NCBI GenBank assembly: GCA_038087875.1
Contig: CM075977.1
Coordinates: 115,382,001-115,446,000, forward strand
DNA length: 64,000 bases
DNA from: Malacoraja senta
Taxonomy: Eukaryota
Direction of reading: 5' to 3'
Part shown: piece by piece, positions 37,961 to 53,099 of the stretch
How positions within the stretch are numbered: position 1 is the stretch's first letter
Layout: every line of letters begins with the position of its first letter
The notes under the pieces: model-generated
What the model was told of the DNA's origin: nothing
What the model saw: the letters and a program-made list of their open reading frames with translations, nothing else
Database searches by the model: none
Position numbers and translations under genes: made by a program

Positions 37961-40900
37961 GAATTTAACTTTAAAATGTTTGGAATCTTATTTCTTCTTA
38001 TATTAATTCTTGAAAAGATGGGGAAAATTAAATATGTTTCATTAGATTTGTTTTTTTCTCAGTTCTAAAATTTCTTTCCTTCTCGTTGTTTTTTGTGCTC
38101 CATTTGACATTGAGTTCACCATTTTTGTTCATACTTCACATTCCATATACTTTATTAAAAGTGCAATACCCATTTGCAATTCTCAATTTGATTGGGTAAG
38201 AAGACATATCATTGCTTCCCCCTCTTTACATAGGTCCCAAGCACCCTAACAAAGATTTAAGATAGTTGAATAATGGAAATTGATGGAAATCTATGATAGT
38301 TGCAAATACAACAACATTCTGAAACCATTCATAAACTATCCACCTCAAAATCTAGCATATTCAAGGCAAATTATAAAGAGATGATAAATTAATTAAGGGG
38401 ATGAATGGTTAGCAAAACAGGCATTTCACCAAGAAACTATTGAAACTAGTCAAAGAATTATTTGTACAATATCAACTCAGTACATTCCCTGAAGATCAAG
38501 GACTTAATTTGCCTAGTTAGGCACCATAGTCAAATTACAGTTGAGGGACAGCGTAATCTAAAATAAAGTGTTTGTATGAGGGTACCAAACTAGAAATAAA
38601 GTGGTCTTAGAATTCTATTGAAAGGGGGAAAAAAATTAAATCACAGAAAATATTAAAAGGAAAATTATAGAAATTTGCATGAGATATCAATGTAATCACA
38701 ACATATTTTCACCAAATATTTTACAAGATACTAATAAAATGTATAATGAATGTGAGGGAATGATGGGTGATGTTGGAAATGCTAGGCAGCGAAATGAGTT
38801 CCTTGAATCTGCAGTCACACTAACAGCCATTTGAACATGTAAACATAAAAATGTAATGGAAAATAATGTTTTAACCTAAAGTGCTCTCATTATGCATCTT
38901 TGAGAGGCTTAATCATGAGTCACATCAAAGAGGTCTGACATGACTTGACTGGTAATATTCTTGAATGGGATAAAGAAGGCATTATTTTAATTACCTGGTA
39001 AAAGTAAAAATAAGTCGTCGTGCCCAATAAATATGCCTAACCTAAACTAAAGCTTCAATTTCTGAACAATATATGGTCAATTATTTTTAATTTGTTTCAG
39101 CTGTTATTCAATCAATTCAAGTATTCTATTAATTAACAAACTCGCATAGTGCACAATGTAGATATTGTAGCAACTGTCCTTGTTTTCTTACCAAGATATA
39201 CATCTCATTTTTTATTCAGAAGCAACATATTCTGTCAAGTTCCTTGAATCTTATGCTGTTATGTTGTTGAGCAACTCAGTTTGTAACACGTTTTTTTCAC
39301 CACCAGGAGATGCGATTACTTCTACTTCCTGAAAAACATTTGGTCTGGGTGCCATCGCGATTACTAATGTGTGGATGTAACTGCGCTAAAATAGCTTCTG
39401 GTAGAATAAAGTCTCATTAGATTAATATTTATAATTTCTCAGATAATGTGCCAATCTGAGAAATATTACAATGCCCATGATACATACGGGACTAAATCAA
39501 ATAAAGAAGATGTTTTGAAAAAGGATATGTGCAAGCAAGGCAGCACCTTGCTGCTGTGTCCATTCAGAGTGAGAGAGAGGAGATTCTGAGAGCAAGTCAC
39601 CTTGGCTGAACTTGAGAACCTCCTGAGATTTGGTCATTGGATGGATCTTTGGAGCATGTTGGCTGTTTGCCCTATAAGCAAGAAAATGTGAAATACTGCA
39701 GGCTGATCTTAAAAACTACAACTTTTTGGTTAGGAAAATATGTATTACAGTATATAGAGCAAATTGGATTACAGAAAACATTATCCAATGACAGCAGACT
39801 GTTAATCACTAACAGTCTTAGAAATACTACAGATCAAATAGCTGACAAGTTTCCATTGAAAACTTTGTAATATGTAATTAGAGAAAAAATATCGATGCCA
39901 AATTGTCTTCTGAGAATGACAACAAGGTCTTCCATTCAAATTGAGTCAAGAACTGAAAATGTTTTCATGGATCTATGAGCTTACACTTCCATCAACCTGA
40001 ATATTATTCACTTCATGTCCAGTAACTACGCAAGCATACAAGCTATTTAAATGGAAATAAAAAATGCTTTTGTTTCTGTAAGCCAATAATCAGGCTGACC
40101 AACAGTGAGTATCTTACGGATATAATATAAGAATGTCTGAATGCTGCAGACCTTATATTTCGATATATAGATGCCCCTTAAGGAAACATTTGTAAGGTAG
40201 GTTTATAGGTATGATGAAACCCTGATTATTATTTGATCTAAGAAGGAAAGGACCTGAGATGGTGCAACTAAGATTCAAATGGGCCAGATATAAAAGGATT
40301 AATTTTAATATTACTATTCAACCAGGCCTCTACATTCCACTGTTCTAATTAAGTATCTATACAATGATTTGTCCTTTAAATGTGATTACTGGTATTTAAA
40401 AAAAATTGAAAGTGACAATCAAACACTCCAACAACATCAATAATTATGTTGAAACTTATTTCCAGTACTCTTCAATTACACTGATCCAAATTACTGCCTC
40501 TTCTCCAGATCCTAAGCATTTTATAATTCCAAGCATTGCTGTATGTCAGTTTTATTGATGCTAGTTAATATATTATTTATTTTTGATATATGATTAAATG
40601 TACAGTAAAGATCAATATATTGATGAAATAATATATTTCCCAGCGCAGAAAAATGAATGCATTGTGACTTTGATTATTTAGTTTTTCTCCTTCAACTTGA
40701 TGCTGAAATACAGAAAAAAACCATTACAAAGGAATTTAAAGATCAGGCAATTTACAAAGACAGTATATTTTTAAAATGTCATTACATTTAGTGTATGTTA
40801 TCCATACACTACCAAACAGAAATTGCTTTTTTTGGCTATCTTGAATACATTTAGTGGTATTGGTTACAGTAACTCAGCAACAGAGCAAACTTTAAAAACA

Positions 40901-43900
40901 AAGTACTGGTTTCTAAATATTAGGAACTGATGTTTTATAGATAAAATAATGAGCGAGGTGTACGACAATGAGTGATAGATTTGTCCAATTTGTTGCAAGC
41001 TATTAGTGGCCATAGGGCATATGTTTTCATTTATCTATACTAAGGAAGTTCTGAATATTTTTCTTTTAGATCAAAGTAACTGAAAATTTGTGATTGTTTA
41101 TTCAGGTTTACTGTTGGCAGTATAGTTCTTTTTGAGTATGTCTGATGCTTAATTTATTCAAAATGGATGCTTTCTATTATCTTTGAGGTTTGACATGTAA
41201 CTATTATCTATTAATAAACTCATTAATTTAAAAATATGACAACAAATAAAAGTTAAATAGTTTCCAGTGTAATAATAGTTTTGTGTTCAATGTTTAAACT
41301 TCACGTACTTAGAACAGTTTGGACCTGAAATATTTAAAACAAATAACACTTGGGTAGTTTGGCCAGTTTGGTTTGTTCTGATGCCAAAATGAATTTATTC
41401 CAACTTTATCTCTGCATTAGCAAAATTTATGAAGAAACCCAATTTATATAATGCTACTTTAATATACACAGATGTCTTTGTTATTGCCAAGAGCGGCCGG
41501 GGTGTTTGGTGAATAATTAAGTTACTAGTTTTGCTGTACGTAGACACCACATACATGATTACATTAATGAATAATGTGCACTGACTAATCTGCATCTTAT
41601 AAACCATTGTTCTTTCAATGTATTATTTTGTAACTTATGCAATGCACCTCCAAGGGACACACATATTGAAGCTTTCATGTCATTAATCAACTGTGCATAA
41701 AATAATTTCTGGACAATCAGTTTATTAATTAGTTGCGAGAGAGCTTTAAATTGACATGAATGAAGGTATAATTTTGTAAGATATAAAAAGTATTCATTAA
41801 CTATTTTAATGCCTTTTCAGCAATGATGAAGAAAAAGCTCAGTAAAAATCATTGATATTGTTATAAAGAATTGTGCATATATACACACGTGATGCTAAAT
41901 GGAATACAGTGATTATATTAGTTATCATATGCTGTACGTTATTTTTAGGGGGTTTTAATGGTTACTGCAACTATTTTCAAACTGCCCTGTGCATTATTTA
42001 TTTGAATATTCAAGTATGGTTGCTCATTGATCTAATGTTAGCCAATGTGTTTCTCATGTGGATTGTTTTGAACACAACTATGCAAAGCTAGTAACTTGTT
42101 TCAAAGAATCTGACTTCCCGAAGTTTTTTTTAAACAAAACTAAGAATGCCTGCAGAGATTGTGCCTTGCAAGCTTTTCATCTCATTGTCTTTAGAGAAAC
42201 AAAAGATCCTTAATAATGTTTTTTTTTAAACCAGCTTATTTATTAATGTCCTTGGAATGCAGTAGAAAAAGGTGCATCCTTGCCGCCAACTGGGGGATTT
42301 GGGCTTTGTGGTTCTATTTTTACAAGAATAGGCTGATTTGTCTTAGGCTATTACCGTCTATTACTGCTGGAAGTATCCTGTAAAGGTGGGAAGCAGCGAA
42401 TCCTGGCATTCTGCCTAAAGAGAAATCAATGAAACAAATTAATCCTTCGCAGGCTGCAATGACACAGTAATCCATCATTCAGAGCTGCTTTTATACACGA
42501 AATCAGGGAGCAGGCAAGGAGAAGGAGCCCTGGGGGATACCATAGACACTCACAACATACAGCAAAGAAAATACTAGGGAATCATTTCATTTGGCTGGGT
42601 TACATTCTAAGTTGATTTTCCAGTGCTAATAATTTCATTGGGTTAAATGCTGATCCCAAAATGTGCACCTAAGGCTAAATGGACTTTTATTACTTGGTCC
42701 AAAATTACTGAGGATGAAACTTAATTAGTTGGACACGTGAGAAAGAACTTGACCCTGGCGTGATCTAATGAATCTGGGGCCATTTCACAAAGTAAATAAT
42801 TAAGAATAGTGTGTCCTGAAAAGTCGACTTAAACAACATTTTGTCTTCGTAAATGCAATTGAGCAAAGACATAACTCTGGGTCATAACGCCGACTCCGTA
42901 GAAGTTTGATGTGACCCAAATATCAGTCGCAATTACACTGTTAAATATTGATTATTATATGTTAGTCGTGGGTGCGCACATGACAGGCTGTCGTTTCCGA
43001 GCTCCGGCTCCCAAATGATCTGCCCATCTTACTGCACAAATACAGATATTTCAGGAAGAGCTCAGAGAACATGCACGCTATCTTTATGACTTTGGGTTTA
43101 ACTTATGAAGATGTGTCACGAAGCGAAAGAGAATCATATTTTGTAACAGATACGGATTAAATATCGATTTTAAACATGGTCTGTCTCCCTACAGCCTACT
43201 TTTCAGCCTCTTGCCATATATTACATATCAATCAGAAAGATGGATAGATAGATAATTCTGTCTTAATAAGATACTGGAAATGGAACTATAATCTGAATGA
43301 AATGAACCGTTCTATGCATATTACATACAGTTGCTTCTGGTCAGTTTACCACAAAGCCATTAACAATATAAAAACCACGGACGCTGTAAAAGTACAGTAT
43401 TAGACTCCTAGCGAATCAGTACAAAAGAGTCATGTCAAAATCAGTTGCGTAATGAAACAATATTTTCCAACGCAATTAATGGTACGTGTTCGTGAGGGAT
43501 CTGTCTCATTTCACAAAAGTTACTTTGTTTAGCCGGAAATGCAGACAGTTAATAAATGGGTATTCGTCATTAGTAGCTGAGACCCGCTGAATGATCAGTG
43601 TAATTTGTGTTTGAACGTACACGTGTACATGGTCCTGGTAATATCGCAGTGGTATTGGCATTACTCAAAGTGGCCGTTGTATTTATGCATATAAAAATAA
43701 AATGTTACTGTTCATTACATAAAAAAGCAAAGCATATAACGCACTATACAGTATATTGTTACATATGATAGCGCTAATTGCGCGGGATACAGGATCCTGG
43801 TGGACGCCGAGAGCGAGATCACCATAATTTACTGTTGAAATAATTGAAGGTATCGCCAGCGACGTAAATACTATTTCATCGGCAGCTGCTCCAGAAATGT

Positions 43901-46900
43901 TGGAGATGTGTTAATATATTCATAAATGTGAGCTTTCTAAGAAGGTGTTTCTATTGTCTCTCCAATCTTTATTCTTCTGACCTCGAAAAAAAAATCTGAA
44001 AGATTATGTACCATTCTACATTATTAAAACATACAACCATTTTGTCAGTTCTTGCTTCACTAGGTATGTCGCAATCAGTGACAGACTAGTATTTAGGGAG
44101 TATATGCTGTTCGTTTTTATGAGCGTAAAAGTTGCCACGACCGGATCATAGATAGAGACAAGTGTCCTTTTGGCCCTTATTGTGTAGGGTGGGATATAAA
44201 GGTTTTAACATTTCGCATTCTATACTCAACAAACTTGCAATAAGATGGACTTTAAAAATACGTTATATGAAGGTTGGTGGGGGAATCTCGTGTGAACTAA
44301 GTGTACTGAGAAATATTGCTGCAGAACAAAAGAGTTTAAATTGTAAACCGTCGTGACAGTTTGGCATAATAAAGCACCTAAACCAAATGCATCTTAAATT
44401 GGCGCAATGTATACCCTGGTACAATGGCTTCATTCTGTAGAAAGCACATTTTTAAAATGAAAAATACTTTTAGTCACGATATTAAGACTTTGTTTATTGC
44501 AAGTTTTCTGTCCTGGTCGATGCGGCATCTGAAAATGCTCTGTAACGCCAGGAGAACTGAAATTCAAAATGTGAGTTGCTGGCAGCGCCCACCGTCTTTA
44601 TTCACATTGCGAATTTGCTGCCTTTTCAACCGATCCACCTCTGCCATCGCCTCCGCCCCCAGCACCAACCGAGCACACCTCTGCTCACCCACCCCTACCC
44701 GCTCCTCACGCCCCCTCCCCCCTCCCCCCGCTCTCACACCCCCCCCCCCTCTACGCCGCCACCTTTCATTTCAATAAGATACTGTCGACTTTCCTTCACT
44801 TTCAACAAAATCATTAAAGCACATTTTCTGTCATTTGTGTGGGAGAACCTCAGAGGAGGAGCTGTGCAAACACCTGAGATGTGAGATGAGAGGGCAATAA
44901 AGACCTGGTAATGGAACAATTTCGCTCCCTGCCTCCACTGGGAGCTCAAAACTGAATGCGACCACCGTCCAGCCCTCCCTACAACGCCTGCCTATCCTCC
45001 TCGCAAAACGCACGGGTTTTCGATATTTGTTTTATATACTTCAATGTTTTCTCTCTTAATGCATTATACTGAAACACGTTCATGAAGAAAATCGTATATA
45101 TATTTCATATCAAGAGGATTTGGCTTCATTTTGATAAATATGCAACAACTTGCATATGGCTCTTTTTTTCCACCAAGAACGGCGATTTTTATATAGTGCA
45201 AGGTGGGATATTTCATCGCATCCTTACTACGCCAAAGTCTGACTTTCCGCGCTCAGCTCAAAAGACGCACACATTATCTCTGCTCCAATGATACACGCAT
45301 AACTGATAATTTGTATCCCACTTCTGCTTTCCAGCTTGCCAGACTGTTCCCTTCCCCCAATCCAGGCGCGCACGGAGGAGGTTGGATGCGTTTGGCGCCT
45401 TACATACAAACAACATTGAATGCAATTTTAATCAGTCAAAAGTCTATCGATTCATATGATCAGCCAATGTCACCTGAAGGGGTTACATTGACCACCTTGG
45501 GTTTTTTAATCTCTTGCAGAAACAATTCAAATTATTATTTCGTCAACAATCTTCCTTGCATGATGGAATATGTTGTATGAGATTCGATGGTTTCTCAAAA
45601 GACATAAAAGGAGGAAAAAATTGACTGATTCAAATGCTGCCCACTCTTCAGCAGGTTACAGGTCACGTGATCAAAAATCAGCAGCACCGTATCTATTGAA
45701 ACAAAATTAACTACCGTAGCTCGAATTATAGGTGGAAGATTGCGTTCGGTCACGTCACTCTTTGACCAGTCTTTCAGCTATATGTGAATTGAGCATTAGG
45801 AACTTTAATAATGACATTAGCTTGAAGTCCACACACGAAATGTTAAATGCATGTTTGAGATACAGATTATAATAATATGGTTCTAATCATGCTTACCAGA
45901 TTGAAAATTCAATTAAATTATTAATACATTTTATTCTGATTATTATGTCTATTTAAAATGTAAAGGAAATGTTCTGTTTTATTGATTCACCAATGCACCA
46001 AAAGAAATGGCCTACGTTTAACTAGTCTAGGTAAAGAATTATTAGGTTTTCTGATTAACTTCAGCTTGTGGTATGCTCGACAGTTTCCCCATTATTTAAG
46101 TACTTTGCCGTTTGGAAAGAAAACAAATAGTATTGCAATAAATATCCTGTTATCCTCATAATTTTTTTTTAGATTGTGTTCTTTATGATTCGTGACAGTC
46201 CTTTGGGAGGGGGTGGGAGCGAGGGGGGGGTTATTTGATAGCTGTGTCTTACTTTGTTGTACACTTTGGGAATGCGCTCGTTTGCTGCTTAATTCACAAG
46301 AACTGTCACCTTCTCAGACAGATGCGCAGCATTATATCCGAACTAATAGACACCCAATTAACAAGCCGATACAGAAGTTAATGTTTTAAACAACTCGCAC
46401 TCCACTTCTGCATCGGGACGTCCCATTGTCCTTTCCTGTCAATGAAGTCATTTTGAAACTTGGTTACTGTGTTAATGAAGTAAAAACAAAGGCCAATTTG
46501 CGCAATGCAAGCTTGCCACACTTAGTACGGTGTTTGTGACCGGGTTTTCTCTTGTTACTGACACATCGGTTAAGAGATAAACAGTGGTATCCAGTAGTCT
46601 GGTAGCAGGTATTCTCCAAAGCTCTTGTTCGACGAAGTGCCATTGGAATGTTTGTCTACCTGAGAAACCACGTACGGCTTCAGTTCAAAGTCCATTCCTC
46701 AAGAACACCTCAAAAAATGCAGCACTCCCTCTGCACTGCATGGAGCGTCAGTCTGCATCTTACACTTAAATAAATGGAGTGGGACATAAACCCGAAACCT
46801 TCTCGGTCAAAGGCTCCAGCGCAACAAACAGAGCCACGCTTAAAATCTGAAGTACTTAATAATGGGATCCATGAACGATCCCGCTACCATCTATATGTCT

Positions 46901-49900
46901 AAGAGTCTTCTTGCTGATTTATTTCCACAAATCACGCACCTCTGTTTCTCGGTCCCACAAAACCAAATTGTACTCGGTATTTTTCGGGAAACAGAGCTTG
47001 TAAACTTTTTAAGAAAAATCTTTTCACATGGACTATTTAAACCTAACCTTCAACAATTAATACCACGACTGAATCAAACAGCACAATAACCAAACTGCCA
47101 GTTCATACAAATACAAGTTTAACACTACAGTATTTTCAACTGACGAGTTGATCGAGAAAATGGAAATGAAGACATGCAAAAACAGGCTTTTCATATAGAA
47201 TAACAGCTAATGTAAAGAATGTCCAGAAAAGGATATCAAGTTATTACTGTCAGACCACTTAGCCAAGTACTCGTCACTATCAGGAAGGTTGACTACTTTC
47301 ACAAAAGTAAATACCATCTGATCAGAATGGTATTGAAGAGCCAAGATTGCCATTAATGTGTTAAGTGGAAGTTTGCAAACTTTTACTTGAACAATTGAAA
47401 CTATCGATCATCAGAATCCACTTAACTCAAAACAATTTGGCTCAATTTGATTCAGTGAATAGTTACATCGATATAACAAAAAGGACAGAGGGAAAGTTTG
47501 ATAATGTGTATTTATCGAACTTTTTCCCATCTGCAAAAAACCATCACTTGCCTAGTACTGCGAGATGATGGAACTATGTTTATTAGTTGTAAATAGAGCA
47601 TTAAACTTAAACAGTCAATGGTGTTTTTCGGTCCTAATAGATTCATGGTGTCTGTTTATACGCCCATCCACCGTAATTAGCACATATGTTCTAAATAGAT
47701 GGCGGTTTTGTGGGCAATAAAGCAATTACCTATAGCTGTATCTGACAGTCCTTCCAACAAGATCCAACGACCGTCTAATTATAAAAGTAATCTTAACATC
47801 ATTGTTTGCGATTAGTACTTGCTCAAAAAACAACTGCTAAAACACTACTGCTCTGAAGGCATATTCCAGGGCTAAATAATCGGGAAAAAACTTTCACATC
47901 GACAATTTGTGAAAGTTGAAAGCTTTACCATTGCATCAAACCATTTTGATCTAACGTTTCATTTAATCTGGTGTGCACTTTAAGGTCACATCCAGAGGCT
48001 ATGTTGTGAATGTTTGGCCATATCAGTTGTGCACTTTATTCGCATTGTTCAAATATCTTCTTGTGCTGTTCGGCTATGATCTACTTTTGTTTTCTAACAC
48101 AACTTACGTCTATTTGCATTACATGTGTTCCAATTTTGAAAGGTGATACATTTCTAAAATAATACCGTGTTTGTTTTTGTCTTTTATGCGACTCCTTATG
48201 GCAGCGAAATGGAAGCTTTCGGCTTATTTAGTGTTAGTCTTGGCCATTAAATACGCTGTTAGAATTGTACATCTATTGACTCTAAGTCACGTAGTATTAG
48301 TATTGTTCCAGCAAGTACAGATAATAATGTTTGCAAACATTGCCGCAAATACGGCTGGGTTTTTCTGTTTTATGCAGAGGGTGGCTAACTTGTTAGTGTC
48401 AGTGAGAAGAACATCAAATATTCTCACAAACTCGCTTTAGGATTAAAAAAAACAATGGTTAGAATGATTTATCCATTCTATTGTTGTTAGAAACTGGTGC
48501 ATGTATTGCCAAACGAAGCAAAGTATTTGCAAAAGTTTTGAACTGAACTGTTTTGTCATCGCCAGTAGTATTATCATATAAATCTATCACATTCATTACA
48601 AACTTGCTCACTTAGAGCACCCTCAGACATGTCAATGAAAGAGGATTGAGTTAAAATTTGGGTTTATTACAAGCCAATTAGAAAGCCTCCAAGAATTCCT
48701 AAGGCTTTCGATTTGTTTTTGAGATTATATTAAAGCAAAGGGTGTGAGGCAATTAGCTGCGCTGATTCTAACGGTAAATGCAGGTGAAGGCGGGTTCTCG
48801 CTTTCTCGCCAAGTTTCCATTAAGTGCGATTAGATGTGTCTATTCAGATCCGATGATCCACAGAGAAAATGCCAGCAGATAAAAGGCGATGTCAAGTGAC
48901 CTTCCCGTCTCTTTCACACCAAATTCACCCCGAGAATACCCAGGGCTGAATTCGGACAAAGGGCCCCTCCTCTTCTCTTTGACGCTTCAAGAGACTTAAA
49001 GAACGAGAGTTAGCTTTTTTTTAAAGAAAAAAAAGCTTCGTGTATATTTTATGTGTTTTAAACATCTGGCTGTTATTATCACACGTACGATGTGACCTAA
49101 AAGTTCTCCGTGCCTGTTTACAGTTGAGTAAAAATATCCAGAAACCCGGAATTGCTTATATAAACAGCTAAACCTTTTCGCATCTGTCACTACCCTACTG
49201 TGGCTAAAACACAACTTTCTGGACAGAACGAAGCACAGAAAAGATGCACCATATACTGTAGGATTCAGCCTGGCTCAGTCCACCACTGAATTTCACCTCG
49301 AATGGGATGATTTTAATCACTCGTTCGCCATATTTATTGAAGATTAAATGAAATGAGATTTAGCTGCAGGACACATATGACATTTTAAATGATCGGTCAA
49401 GGAAGCTAGCAGTGTTTTGTGCTTAGTTGTTTACCTGAAATAAGTGTCCTGTGCGTTCTAGAGTCATAAACCATTTTAGTATTAGCTGGGCCATCGTTCA
49501 GGCGAGCAACTTTGTGCTGCAATACCGTCAGAGTACGGCACAGATAACGTGCAGCACAAACTAGGAAGGCATTGAGTGTACTTCATGGTTTATGATATCA
49601 GTGTCTTTTAGTTGATCGGCGCAAGTGAAAATCAGGTGCTTAATTCAGAGTTGTCCTTTAAATGGTTCACAGTGCATGTTTTGCATTTGATGAAGAAAAC
49701 TGGAAGAAAATTTGACATTAAAAAAAGTTTTGCACCGTAGCTGACTCGATGCAGCTGGAAAAGTTAAAATTCTCTTTCTTTTTTTTTGCCCTCGGGAGTT
49801 CGGCAAAAAAAATCGTGGGCAATGGGACAGGTCAGCGGCCTTAACTGGGGGGAGGAGATCTAACTAAAAGACCAGCCTTTTTTTCTTTGAGATTTACAAA

Positions 49901-51677
49901 TGTCTACAAGCCAGATGCTCTTGGTGGGTGGGTTGGTTGGAAAAATGAAGGAAAAATGCATTAATTTTCTACTGAAAAATCTTCTCCCTGGATGGAGTGT
50001 ATATGAATTATTATCACGGTTAATGTTTATTTCAACATTTATAAGATTGCATTTGGACATATCTGAAGAAGTCCTCGGCAACCTGAATTCAAGGTTATTC
50101 GAGTAACATCTACAACCTCCAGGAGACTTTACTGATTATTTTAGCCGGGGAAATTAATTTGTTGGACGAAGCAATGGCCCGCGATCTTATTTAAATACCT
50201 GTAATCAAAAAAAAAAAATCAACAGACGTGAAATGTAACCAGAAATGTGCTTGTTTTGTTTTTCAGTGCGAGGACTGAATGTGAGTGAAATCTTTTGGGT
50301 GCACCTTGGAAAGCGGCTCTGATCCACAGAAGCTAAAAAAGTACAAGAATAACAAAGTCATACAGCCGGACGTCTTCTGACAGGTACAGCAATAGTCTAG
50401 GTATGGTCATGAATACCGGAATGTATGGAAGTTAGAACGCCTGAAATGTACCGACTCCACGCCGCTATGCCACCGGCGCATCCTACCTCTGCCCCAGCCT
50501 GAAACGATTCTACCACCCAACGAGGAGCTTTCCGTGTCCCTCAGCCCCCACCCCCCAGAGTGCCTCTCCGTTGCAATTACCACAACATGCCCTCCCACCC
50601 TCAGCAACCCTACTTATTTTTTTTCAGATGCCAACCGAGCATTGAATCCCGTATTTCTCTTTAACTCACGGTGCTGAATTTTCATCTTCTGCGCTGCCTT
50701 CTAACAACATACTGCTGTGTTAATTGAAATGGAGCAGCACAAAAAGAGAGGGAGAGGGAGCACTGAGAGAGACTGAGGGATCGGGCGGGTGGTAGCAGTG
50801 TATGTATTGTGTCCCTGTATACCGGGCCAGTCGATCATTTTGCTGTTCCTTTATCTGTTGACACTATCGCTTAGCCAAACATTGGCCGATCGATCTTTTC
50901 ATTAGGTGATCAAACAACAAATAGTGCAGGTGAGAAGCTTACTTTCTGAGCCTCACAAGTTAGCCATGCCTTGGTTTCCACAGCGCCCTCGATTTTATTT
51001 TACACAAGATCGCATAAACTGACACGGGAAGATGGAATTCTGCCCCACTGCGCTATAAGTACACAGCCTACATATTAAAGCCGACATCAGTGGATATCAA
51101 AAACACACTCTACATTAATACATTCATCGCCGCCCCTTTTCTTTTGCAAATACGCACCAGAATGGCCTCGAAAAACGATGTTGCGACCATGGGGAAACTG
51201 CTCCGTCGCTATCAGCCTTATTATCCTAGTGCGTCTTGTGCGATTTACAGTGATAATTATTTGTTTCGGACCTACATAAGCAGTCTTTGGTCGGCGTCAT
51301 GTTTGAGGCTCAGTTAACAAGATTTGTCACGTTTCAAGCCAGTCGCGGACTATTTTTAAGCGGCATTGCTAAAAGCAAAGTGGAATAGAGACAATGAAAG
51401 TAAACTTGTTACTTGCCTGCTGGCGTGCTTTGACGATTCGCGATCCCGCCGGTTACAGGTGCCTGCTTAAAGATCTTTACACTTCAAGCAAGTTGCAAGA
51501 AGAGAGGCAGCCTCCCTTCCAATGTCCACTCTGTCCCATTCTGAGGAGGAAACCCCTGATGATACACTTACAGAATTTTTCCTTTGTCCCCTCTAATCTT
51601 ATTCGTTTCACCTTTTCACTAATCATAAGCCATGGCTGAGACTTTATTTAGGGAGCGAGGGTGAGAGAGAGAGCGAG

Positions 51678-51841
51678 NNNNNNNNNNNNNNNNNNNNNNN
51701 NNNNNNNNNNNNNNNNNNNNNNNNNNNNNNNNNNNNNNNNNNNNNNNNNNNNNNNNNNNNNNNNNNNNNNNNNNNNNNNNNNNNNNNNNNNNNNNNNNNN
51801 NNNNNNNNNNNNNNNNNNNNNNNNNNNNNNNNNNNNNNNNN
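51678..51841. other. Assembly gap (164 N) next to a GA repeat
   Basis: Run of N. Confidence 0.99.
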
Positions 51842-53099
51842 GTCCACTGTTGCATAGTCAATAACGGCGCTTCATCAATGCATATACAAAAGGGGCGGTT
51901 GAGGATGCAATGCGATTGTAGTGTTTAATCAAGGCAAGATGCAAACATGGAGCTCCTTTTATCAAAAATAAACTTGATAGTCAAATTTACATGCGTGTTT
52001 CTACTCTAAACTATTTCTGAAAACTGCTAAGAAATCTCTATGGGGTATATAAATGGCGTGGCTTTAGGAGTTTGCATTTAGGTTTTAATTTGCACCAAAT
52101 GCATTAACTAAATACGGATAGCACGGAATCTGTATGTTTATTAATTATGTGGGATTGTGCTGTTTGTCGCTGATGGTCTATTTGCTTCTCAAAGATAAAA
52201 GGTGTATTGTTACATCAAATTTCTTTTAGAAAATAGGTGATAAAAGAAACTAGGAATAATGTTTGAAATTTCAGAATGCATGTGTGGAGCAGGGCAAGAT
52301 GGAACAATGAGAAACAAATAATAATTTGCGTTACTTGAACAGGGGGATTCCCCTTTCCCGCTCATTTAATGATTAATTCCTAAATTTTAGGGTTAATAAC
52401 ATTTGGATTAAAAGTTTAAAAATACTTACTTTAAAATTCAATAAATTATTCGCATTAAACAAATCCCTCAATAAAAGCCCATCTGGTGGATTATCCTGCT
52501 GGGTGTGTGTATTATATTTGATAATTGTCTACTGTACGCTAGATGGCAGCCGGATACAGCTGTTCTGAGATTTAATTTACGTCAAACACAAGGCACGTTA
52601 ACAGCCTCCGCACTTTCTGCTGGACTTATCCTACACTTACAAGCACAGCTCCCCAATCTTCAAGACAATGGCAACTTTTCTTCTTCTGCAAATCACAATT
52701 GAAATCTCACCGGCATTGCAGCGAAGCCTCAAAGCGTAATCCAAAGCAGAATAAAAATGAAATATATAAAAATAGGTCGCTCGCCGAATTAATATTACAA
52801 GAGAAAAAAACGGTGTTTTTTCTCTTTGACACAAAAGACAGGAGGTGTCTGATTTATTTATTTATTTTCAAACAATAGACTTCTAAAATACAAACAGAAA
52901 GTTTGATTGTCAACTAACTTTTCTGATAATGTGACATTTCGAGGCTGCTCGCTGCATTGTTTTATTGCAAGCACGGGGTCCTCGTTTTGCTTTTTTTGTG
53001 GTGACCACAAGCGACCCATACTAATAAGGTCTCAAAGTAAATACCAGCGCAGGAGATCTAATGTAAATTTTGCTTGTCAGAGCGTCGTAGGTAATAAAT

